Below, piece by piece: positions 27,001-39,000 of a stretch of 64,000 nt of DNA. A program made the translations under genes and the position numbers. The number at the start of each line of letters is the position of its first letter. Position 1 is the first letter of the stretch. Source of the DNA: Balanoglossus misakiensis (Eukaryota; Animalia; Hemichordata); assembly GCA_040954595.2 (NCBI GenBank), contig CM082590.2, positions 4,092,001 through 4,156,000 of the forward strand. Reading direction: 5' to 3'. The notes under the pieces are model-generated. The model searched no databases. It had not been told where the DNA came from and saw nothing but the letters and a program-made list of their open reading frames with translations.

Positions 27001-30000
27001 ACCATTCTGGAATGAAGACATTTAAAGTTGGAATAAAAATGACATCACCAATCGGATACTTGAAATGTGTCAACTGCTCAATCTAATATTCATTTCTTGT
27101 TAACAACAAGAAATGAATATTCACACACTCCTAGCAGCAAGAGAAAGATCAAATTTAACTGTACAAATAAATGTTTCATGATTTCCATCTGACTGTCAAT
27201 AAAATAATCATCCATAGTTTCCACTGTGGTCATGAAGTTGTAAGTACACGTGTAGCCATGTTATCCATAATGAAGTAACAAGTCAGTTCATGTACCTTAG
27301 CCTTCGCATTGACATCTGCACCATGGCTAATCAACACCCTGACAGCATCCAATTGACCTTTCATGGACGCTTCATGCAATGCTGTGGAACCATTCTGGAA
27401 TGAAGACGTTTAAAGTTGGAATTAAAATGACATCACAAATCTGATACTTGAAATGTGTCAACCGCTCAATCTAATATTCATTTTATGTTAACAACAAGAA
27501 ATGAATATTCACACACTCCTAGCAGCAAGATAAAGAATTTGACTCTACAAATAAATGTTTCATGATTTCCATCTGACTGTCAATAAAATAATCATCCATA
27601 GTTTCCACTGTGGTCATGAAGTTGTAAGTACACGTGTAGCCACGTTATCCATAATGAAGTAACAAGTCAGTTCACATACCTCATCCTTCGCATTGACATC
27701 TGCACCATAGCTAATCAACTCTCTCATTGCATCCAATTGACCTTTCCTGGACGCTGCATGCAATGCTGTGGAATCCCACTGGAATGAAGACATTTAAAGT
27801 TGGAATAAAAATGACATCATTAATCTGATACTTGGAATGTGAGTCAACTGCTTGATGAAGAAGCTCTAGGAATTTCATCACAATGAGCTTCAGTCACTCT
27901 ATAAAAAATCACGTCAAGGACACGGTGGTCCCATTTAGGGATGACACAGAAGAAGTCTACATCGGATTACATATACAGACAGACGCACACACACATAGAG
28001 AGATCAACAGGCAAACACTGACTGACCCATAAGCTGCCAATGGTCAGGCCTCGATAATTCCTATCGCCCGACGCCCGTGGCAAGTGTATTTTTAGCCCGG
28101 ACAAGTGAAAAATAAAAGTCTTTTGTCCGACGGGCAAGTGACCTTTACCCTGTACTAAACGTGCGAGATCGTGGTTTACACCATGGTGATTACTTGTACT
28201 GTCTGCCAAGTACAATGGATGACCTTACGACCTTTATCTACAAAGTTGCAAACTTAGTTTACCGAAGGGAGGCGTTTGACTTAGATACATTTTAGTTTTT
28301 ACCTACAACATTGTAACATGCTGATGGCCTATGAGACTAGGGCCTATGCTTAAACAGCTGCTTCTGAAACCATGCTGAAACTGACTGATCGCCACCATAG
28401 GTATCAGCAGTCCTAGGTTTTGTTGAAAAGACATCTTCTGATGGGAGTTTCAATATAGATTTCACTGCATATTTCTGGATTTAGACTGGGTTAAGACAGT
28501 ATTATTCCTATTGCATGCTTACATCAAAGGGTCACTCACATGCCCATTCAAGGAGGGGCATTTTATTTTTCAATTCAAATATGTCTTGGATTTATAGAAT
28601 TTTTTGACATATTGCCACTTTTTAGCTTGGAAATTCTTATGAATTTTTCAAAGGCCAATATTGCAGTATTGCACATGCACGCCGAAATACACAAATTGAA
28701 GGGCAAGTGTAATTTTCTGAAGGACAAGTGAAATTGTAAAGTCACTTGCCCTGTGGCAAGTGAATTTGTGAAAAAAATTTCGAGGCCTGAATGGTGTCCT
28801 GTACATACACCAAATAGAACAGCTGGTCTCTTTAATAGTTAGCCAGTTATGTAAACATGCAGGAATTTGCTGTGTATACAAATGACAGTAGGGGTGCCTC
28901 TCTTATTTATACAAAGAACTATGTAGTGGTAATTGCTCTTCAAGAGATAAAATATTTTGCGGTATAAGACAAAATATCCTACAAAATATAGAAGTTCCAA
29001 ATTGCCTATGATATGATTCCATTATAATTCTAAAGAAGCCAATCCCATTAACTTACAACTCAAATTTTACAGTAATCAGCCATACAGTGTACACTTTCTG
29101 AGAAATATAATTTTTTATCAAAATTCGAAAATATGCCCCAAAAATACAAGATATTGCCCCCACAAAACATTGACACTTTAATCAAAGGTTTTGTAAATCA
29201 TCATGAGAACTCACCCAGGAAAGTAATGGGGATAGAGGGTCTGAGAAAGAGTTTTGACCAAAAATGGCAAAAATCACTCCAAAAATATACTATTGAATTC
29301 ATCACGTTGATTTGAAACTCATACATGCCAAATTTCAATGCAATCTGACAAGCGGTTTTAGAGGGGAAAAAATTATCAAAAAAGGCAAAATTGCTCCAAA
29401 ATTATAAATATGCAAATTTTGCAACAATTTAAGCAAAACTATAGTAACTCAGAATCACATATCTGAAGCTTCATACTAAATGTCAAAGAAGTCGGCTGAT
29501 CAATTCCAGAAAAGTAGATTTTTTACCAAAGATGTAAAAAAAGACAAAAAAATGCATAAAAAATAGAAAATTCACTCTTTTAGCTCAAACATACAGAACC
29601 GTGTGAGGTTAACAAAAGACTAATTTTCAAATCAATATGACCATTGGTTGTTGAGTTTCTGAGTTTTCGACCAATTTCACATTTTCCCAGCTAATTTGCA
29701 TATTTTGGGCAATGACAACTTCCTTAAAACAATCTCCCATCTACAGCTCGTAATGCATCAACACACCAAATATGGAGGTTACACGCAGTGGTTTTCAAGT
29801 TTTTGATGTGGATGGACATACAGACATCCATACATACATCCATACAGACGCAACTGATTCCATAAGGTCCCATGGTATATTACATACCAAATGGGATCTA
29901 AAAATGGTTTTGATTTAAGATGGTGTGCTATTTCAGTAATAGACTAAGATTGATTTGAAACTGAATGATCATAATAATGGTATTTTTTTTCTGAGGTTGA

Positions 30001-33000
30001 GTGACAATTTTCTATGACCAAAATACATGTGTGTAGCTGAACCACATTAAACACAACAAATATTATAACACACCATGCAGCGAACCCTCGATCATGATTC
30101 GTCAATACGCCATCACGTGACCTTTAGTCATTTCGAACTGTTCCCTAGGGCATTATTTCGATCGGTTTCTGCCCGGTACTGTTGCCCCGTCTTGATATAA
30201 TTCCGTGTTTGGTGTGTTACAAAACTCATGATGACTGATATATTGGGCAACAGTGTATTTTTGATGACCTCGGGACTGCGCCAGTCACACCAAAACAAGA
30301 CTGTTTTAGTTGTGACTAGCAGCGCCCTCGGTCATCAAAATACACTGTTGCCCTCATTGTCAGTCATCATGTGTATACTGTAAACTGATACCATGTTCAC
30401 AATGGGTTAAAACTGGAATTGTTGATGGGGCCGATCGAGTGCCAGTGGGTCTAATGTGTGTGTGTGTGTCTGTGTGTCTGTGTGTGTGACAGTGTGTGTG
30501 CGTATGTACGTGTACGTGTGTGTGGACACAAACCCTTTCAAAGGATTAATTCTGTGGTTACAAATGACAAGCAGTGTCTCGAAAACATTTTGATATAGTT
30601 TTACCCAGTGTGAACATGGTATCAGTTTACAGTAGTTTTGTTCAATGTGGTTCAGCTTAGTGCTACAGTGCAGCTTAGGAATAGCTTTCCAACTGCACCA
30701 ACACTGGGTCAGCTCTGTTTAAACACTGGGTCAACTCTGGGTTGGCACCCTATTGGCGCTCTAATTAGCACCTATTGGGCTTGTGTTTAACTGGGGTGTT
30801 CCAAAACAATAGGGTGCGCCAAGGTGCTAACACTGAACAATGCCAAGTGCCAGGGCCAACAGATTCACACCTTTGTAACACTTGGAACACACAGGCTAAC
30901 ACTGTGTGCCAAAACAATAGGGTGCGCCAAGGTTTAACACCTTTGTAGCACATGCTAACACTGAACAATGCCACGTGCCAGGGCCAACAGATTCACACCT
31001 TTGTAACACTTGGAACACACAGGCTAACACTGTGTTGGCTCATTATAAACACCGTGTCAGCAAGTTGTTAGCAAATTGGAAAGCTATTCCTAAGCTGCAC
31101 TGTACTACAGTAACAGCATCAGGGGTGCTATAGAAAGTGGCGTTGTGAACTGCAACAACGTATTTGCAAACAGGAAAGTGCGATAGACCTTGAAATACGC
31201 CGTAGTTGAGAATGAATTCCTGCCACGGAGAAATTGAAACACCATAGTTAACCCTCAAAAATACCTAGAAAATATTGTTTGAGGGCGCATTCAACATGGT
31301 GCAAACTGGTTGCAGTGGACATCCCAGTGTCAGTAAGTGTATTTTTTGTGGAAAAATTGACATATTAAAGGAATATTTTGTTTGCATCAAGAAACCATTT
31401 TATTTCAACAAAAATCATTATTTTAAGACGATATTTTCATTAAAAGTTGTTGCATACCAGAAAGCCAGGCTGTCTATTGTTATTTTGTTGTATGTAATTG
31501 AAATACAATTTCAGGCAAATTTATAAAGCTCTTTGCGTGCACTGCACGTGAAAAATAAAATATCAAACGCTAGCCTTGAGCGACGACTCTGTATCAAACA
31601 TCGGTCACTACAAAACACTTACCCAGTACCGGTAGTAACCCCTTGCATTGACATCATATCCACCAGCTATCAGCGACTGAATCTTTGCAACGTCACCAAT
31701 CCTTGCGGCATTGATGAGATCCTGTAACATTCAACAAGAAACACTTCTTTATAAAAATATTCTCAAAATGCAAGATTTCATAAGCAACAGAAATATAAAA
31801 CTAAGGAAAACATTGAAATCTTCATTAATGAAGAATTATGAAGACAAAACATGATCATGTCACTGTCAATAAAATAATGACATCATATTGTGAGTAAACA
31901 AAGACAACAGAAATACTCTTCTCCAAGACAAAACAGCAAAATCTCCAAAGGGCAACAGGAAAACAGAAATACAAAACCGATGGTGGCACTCCCAGGGAAA
32001 ATGGACATTAATTGCTTCTCCGTAAAATTTCAAGACTTGATCCTTTTCCATGACTTTTCAACAATAAAAATAGACAATTTGCGAAATATAGAAGAAAATC
32101 AGACAATAAAAGCCCCCTTAGCGCCTAATTTACAGAAAGTGGGACAGATAATGCCATAATACAAATACAAAGCATTAACATTGTTTCTAATACAAAGAAC
32201 TTGGCGTTAGACATCCATCTGTATTTCAAATCTCGTTTGAACATTGTTGGAAGAAGTACCATTTTTTATCATTTTCAAAGACATTGATGATAACTGGAAA
32301 GCATCCCCTTCTCTGTGATAGTTTTGGGAAAATGCATGGAGAGCCATTATCCCTGAGTGTATCACCACCACTGGGGTCAAAGTTCACAATCTTTTGACAA
32401 TCACATTCATATATTTTTAGGGCCCAAGCGCAAGCAAGCGCTTGGGCCCTATTGGTTTCGTTGGAATTTTTACGGGCCCAAGCCAAGCCAGGCTTGCAGG
32501 CAAGGCAAAGGGGGGGTAATTACGGCGGTGACATCAAAGAGATCTATTTGAATGTGAACGTCACTGAGTGGCAGTTACGGCCGGTTGGAAAAATTTTCAA
32601 ACGGAGATTTTCGGTACTTCAAGTGATCGTAGTGCATCCATTTTTCTAAGACGTGTATGAAACACCACAGTCAATGATAGGATGATTTTTCGTGAAGTTT
32701 TAACGACGCGTTCCCGAGAAAGACAGTTTCGGTATGTTGGTTTAAATTGTGGTCCCTGACTCACGGAAAAGATTTCTTGTCTTGAAAAAAATTGGGTAGG
32801 TTAGGAAGATATTGAACTAAGTTACCGTGAATTTATAATAGTGTGAGCCGCTCCGTTGTGGAGTAATGACGGTGTAAAAATTGCCTTCGCCATCGACGAG
32901 TACAGCCGTGTTTGCCATATGTGTATGCATTGAAGTAGGTCAACGCATGTTAACCCATGACGTAATGGCTTCCTTTTCAACGCGTCGTTAACTCTCATTA

Positions 33001-36000
33001 GCATATTACATACGGAGTCTATACACTATTCACGCTGACTGACTTCTCAGGACTGACCTATGGCACTGTAAATTGTGGTCCTTGACCCACGGCATGGATA
33101 TATTCATGTCAAAATTATGAATAGAGGAGTTTAATAATGTTTCTAAAACCTGAGGGGGTTAATTTTTGTGTGGGTATGGCTGATATTTTTTTTTTGATTT
33201 TTTAACTTCAAGGTCACTTTGAATTTCGTGATCACAATTTTGTCAGTGGAATTAAAGAAATTCTTCTCGATAAAACTTCATGAAAAATCACATGTAGTAC
33301 ACTCATAGTACCAGTAATGTGCCTGGGGTGAAATAATTGTCAGAAATGGGTTGCAAGTTACTGAACTTTCGTTCTGAAAAAAGTTGAAAAACTGTATGCA
33401 AATGAGGAATTCAAACGTTACTGGCCAGTTCAAGTGTTTGCATTGCATAATCCCCTGCTGTTTAATTACCCCCCCCCCCTTTGCCCTGCCTGTTGGGCCC
33501 GTATTGGTTTCGTTGGGGTTTTTAGGGCCCAAGCGCATACCAGCGCTTGGGCCCTATTGGTTTCGTTGGGGTTTTTTAGGGCCCAAGCGCATACCAGCGC
33601 TTGGGCCCTATTGGTTTCGTTGGGGTTTTTCTTTCTTTCTTTATTCTTCTGTCATTTCTTTGTCGCTCTAGATCTCAGACACTACTGCAGGTACAGTTCT
33701 CAAAGTTGCTACAGTGGTCAAGGTCAATGAGTAGTCGTGCATTGAACCTATGAATTTTTAATTAGTCACATGACCTGACGGCCATCTTGGATTTTCTGAA
33801 AAAATGCAAATCTCAGATCTCAGAAACTACAAGTCAGATCCACTTCAAATTTGGCGTGCAGGTAGACTACCTTCTGTCAAACATTTTTGTAATTGGAAAT
33901 TATGCTGTCAATGTTGCAGTTTTTTTGCTACAATTTTTTTTCTGAAATCTGGCTTAAATTTCAAAAATCTTCTTCTCCAGAACCGGTGATAACCGAGACA
34001 CGGGGTTTGGGGTATGTAGTCACCTAACTGATGTCTATCAAGTTTGCGAAGATCATTGTGATTGGTCGAAGATTATGGCGGCCATATTGGATTTTCGAAA
34101 AACCATAGTAAAATTTCAAAAATCTTCTTCTCGAGAACCGGCGATAACCGAGTCACAAGATTTTGTGTGTGTGGTCATTCAACAGATGTCTATCAAGTTT
34201 GCGAAGAGGAATGTGATTGGTCGAAGATTATGGCGGCCATATTGGATTTTGTGAAAAACGATTAAAAAGTAAAAATTCCCTTTCTAGCCTAAAAATTGAT
34301 AGCACAGAAATTCTTTTCATGGATATGAATCATCATATAACAAGAATAAGCTATAAATATTTTGGTAATTTTGGCAATGACCTTTGACCTACTTTTGACG
34401 CATCAATTTTCTGCATATCTAATTCCAGGCTAACCAATAGGGCTATAAGTTTGGTTTTTGATGTATGTGGATTTGTATGTGATCAAAAAATTTTGCTACT
34501 TTTCATGACCCCTTTGACCTCTGCTGACCTCATTAAATATGCGCATACCTAATTACAGATGAACCAATAGACCTAGAGGTTTGGTCTTTTTTGGACATTG
34601 ATCAGTATGGGGTCAAAATAATTTGCCCAAATTTTGGGTGACCTCAGGTGACCTTTGACCTACTTTCGCATTTCTCGGTATCCAAAGCAGATACAGCCTT
34701 GGCGTTTTGAGGTTTGGGGCCATAATGAAAAGCCAAATTTTTGGGTCACCAGTGACACCTGCTGACCTCATTAAATATGCACATACCTAATTACACGTAA
34801 ACCAATAGAGCTAGAGTTTTGGTTTTTGTTGGACATGGACCACTATGGGTCAAAATTTTCTGCCCAAATTGTGGGTGACCTCTGGGTGACCTTTGACCTG
34901 CTTAACACTATATCAACACCAAACATAGATATAACCTTGATATTTAATGGGATAAAACACAGCATTATGTTTCTACTCATTAATTATGTGCATATCTAAT
35001 AATCAGATCAGATAATAGAGCTTGGGCCCGGACAATGCTGCTTGCAGCTTTAATCTTTCTTTCTTTCTTTATTCTTCTGTCATTTCTTTGTCGCTCTAGA
35101 TCTCAGACACCACTGCAGGTACAGTTCTCAAACTTGCTACAGTGGTCAAGGTCAATGAGTAGTCGTGCATTGAACCCATGAATTTTTAATTAGTCACATG
35201 ACCTGGCGGCCATCTTGGATTTTCTGAAAAAATGCAAATCTCAGATCTCAGAAACTACAAGTCAGATCGACTTCAAATTTGGCATGCAGGTAGACTACCT
35301 TCTACCCATCATTTTTGTAATTGGAAATTTTGCTGTCAATGTTGCAGTTTTTTTGCTACAATTTTTTTTCTGAAATCTGGCTTAAATTTCAAAAATCTTC
35401 TTCTCCAGAACCGGTGATAACCAAGACATGGGGTTTGGGGTATGTGGTCACCTAACTGATGTCTATCAAGTTTGCGAAGATCATTGTGATTGGTCGAAGA
35501 TTATGGCGGCCATATTGGATTTTCGAAAAACCCTAGTAAAATTTCAAAAATCTTCTTCTCGAGAACCGGCGATAACCGAGTCACAAGATTTGGTGTGTGT
35601 GGTCATTAAACAGATGTCTATCAAGTTTGCGAAGATGAATGTGATTGGTCAAAGATTATGGCGGCCATATTGGATTTTGTGAAAAACGATTAAAAAGTAA
35701 AAATTCCCTTTCCAGCCTAAAAATTGATAGCACAGAAATTCTTTTTTATGGATATGAATCATCATATGCCAAGAATAAGCTATAAATATTTTGGTAATTT
35801 TGGCAATGACCTTTGACCTAGATTTGACGCATCATTTTTCTGCATATCTAATTCCAGACTAACCAATAGGGCTATAAGTTTGGTTTTTGATGTATGTGGA
35901 TTTGTATGTGATCAAAAAATTTTGCTACTTTTCATAACCCCTTTGACCTCTGTTGACCTCATTAAATATGCACATACCTAATTAATGATGAACCAATCGA

Positions 36001-39000
36001 CCTAGAGGTTTTGTTTTTGTTATACATGGACCAGTATGGGGTCAAAATATTTTGCCCAAATGTTGGGTGACCTCGGGTGACCTTTGACCTACTTTTGCAT
36101 ATCTCGACATCCACAGCAGATACAGCCTTGGCGTTTGGAGGTACATGTATGGGGCCATACAGAAAAGCCTAAGTTTTGGGTGACCTGTGACACCTGCTTG
36201 ACTCATTATTTATGTGCATACCTAATTCTGGGCTAACCAAAAGGGCTAGAGGTTTTGTTTTTGTTATACATGGACCAGTATGGGGTCAAAATATTTTGCC
36301 CAAATGTTGGGTGACCTCGGGTGACTTTTGACCTACTTTTGCATAACTTGACATCCACAGCAGATACAGCCTTGGCGTTTGGAGGTATGGGGCCATAATG
36401 AAAAGCCAAAGTTTTGGGTCACCTGTGACACCTGCTTAACTCATTATTTATGTGCATACCTAATTCCGGGCTAACCAAAAGGGCTAGAGGTCTGGTTTTT
36501 GTTGGACATGGACCACTATGGGTCAAAATTTTCTGCCCAAATTGTGGGTGACCTCTTGGTGACCTTTGACCTACTTAACATTATATCAACACCAAACATA
36601 GATATAACATTGATATTTCATTGGATAAAACACAGCATTATGTTTCTACTCATTAATTATGTGCATATCTAATAATCAGATCAGATAATAGAGCTTGGGC
36701 CCGGACAATGCTGCTTGCAGCTTTAATTCTTTCTTTATTCTTGGTTCACTTCTTTGTCGCTCTAGATCTCAGACACCACTGCAGGTACAGTTCTCAAACT
36801 TGCTACAGTGGTCAAGGTCAATGAGTAGTAGTGCATTGAACCCATGAATTTTTAATTAGTCACATGACCTGGCGGCCATCTTGGATTTTCTAAAAAAAAT
36901 GCAAATCTCAGATCTCAGAAACTAAAAGTCAGATTTACTTCAGATTTGGCGTGCAGGTAGACTACCTTCTGGCAATCATTTTTGTAATTGGAAATTATGC
37001 TGTCAATGTTGCAGTTTTTTTGCTACAATTTTTTTTCTGAAATCTGGCTTAAATTTCAAAAATCTTCTTCTCCAGAACCGGTGATAACCGAGACACAGGG
37101 TTTGGGGTATGTGGTCACCTAACTGATGTCTATCAAGTTTGCGAAGATCATTGTGATTGGTCGAAGATTATGGCGGCCATATTGGATTTTCGAAAAACCC
37201 TAGTAAAATTTCAAAAATCTTCTTCTCGAGAACCGGCGATAACCGAGTCACAAGATTTGGTGTGTGTGGTCATTCAATAGATGTCTATCAAGTTTGCGAA
37301 GAGGAATGTGATTGGTCGAAGATTATGGCGGCCATATTGGATTTTGTGAAAAACGATTAAAAAGTAAAAATTCCCTTTCTAGCCTAAAAATTGATAGCGC
37401 AGAAATTCTTTTTATGGATATGAATCATCATATAACAAGAATAAGCTATAAATATTTTGGTAATTTTGGCAATGACCTTTGACCTATTTTTGACGCATCA
37501 ATTTTCTGCATATCTAATTCCAGGCAAATCAATAGGGCTATAAGTTTGGTTTTTGATGTATGTGGATTTGTATGTGATCAAAAAATGTTGCTACTTTTCA
37601 TGACCCCTTTGACCTCTGCTGACCTCATTAAATATGCACATACCTAATTACAGATGAACCAATAGACCTAGAGATTTTGTTTTGGTTATACATGGACCAG
37701 TATGGGGTCAAAATATTTTGCCCAAATGTTGGGTGACCTCGGATGACCTTTGACCTACTTTGGCATATCTTGACATCCACAGCAGATACAGCCTTGGCGT
37801 TTGGAGGTATAGGGCCATAATGAAAAGCCAAAGTTTTGGGTCACCTGTGACACCTGCTTAACTCATTATTTATGTGCATACCTAATTCCGGGCTAACCAA
37901 AAGGGCTAGAGATCTGGTTTTTGTTGGACATGGACCACTATGGGTCAAAATATTCTGCCCAAATTTTGGGTGACCTCTGGGTGACCTTTGACCTACTTAA
38001 CACTATGTCAACACCAAACCCAGATATAACCTTGATATTTCATGGGATAAAACACAGCATTATGTTTCTACTCATTAATTATGTGCATAACTAATAATCA
38101 GATCAGATAATAGAGCTTGGGCCCGGACAATGCTGCTTGCAGCTTTAATTCTTTCTTTCTTTCTTTCTTTATTCTCCTGTCAATTCTTCGGCCAACTAAA
38201 TCTCAGAAACTACTGCAGGTACACTGCTCAAACTTGCTGCAGTGGTCAAGGTCAATGAGTAGATGTGCAGTGATTTGTGAATACTTAATTAGTCACGTGA
38301 CTTGGCGGCCATATTGGATTTTCTGAAAAAATGCAAATCTCAGATCTCAGAAACTACAAGTCAGATCGACTTCAAATTTGGCATGCAGGTAGACTACCTT
38401 CTACTCATCATTTTTGTAATTGGAAATTTTGCTGTCAATGTTGCAGTTTTTTTGCTACAATTTTTTTTCTGAAATCTGGCTTAAATTTCAAAAATCTTCT
38501 TCTCCAGAACCGGTGATAACCGAGACACGCGGTTTAGGGTATGTGGTCACCTAACTGATGTCTATCAAGTTTGCGAAGATCATTGTGATTGGTCGAAGAT
38601 TATGGCGGCCATATTGGATTTTCGAAAAACCATAGTTAAACTCCAAAAATCTTCTTCTCCAGAACGGGCGATGACTGAGTCGCAAGATTCGGGGAGTATG
38701 GTCACTACACTGATGTCTATCATGTTTGCAAAGAGCATTGTGATTGGTCAAAGATTATGGCGGCCATATTGGATTTTGTAAAAAGCAGCGAAAAATCGAA
38801 AATCCTTTTTCTAGTCTAAAAATTGATAGCATACAAATTCTTTTTACGGATATCAATCGTCATGTGACTAAAATATGTTACAATTTTTTGGCGATTTTTC
38901 ACATGACCTTTGACCTACCTATCACGCGTTATTATTTCTGCATATCTAATTCCAGGCTAACCTATAGGGCTAGACGTTTGGTTTTTGATGAATGTGGATT

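Noticed and set aside
33804-38516. Repeated [10 protein letters not shown] / MVEDYGGH ORFs
   Set aside because: Chance ORFs in non-autonomous repeat units, disrupted in some copies
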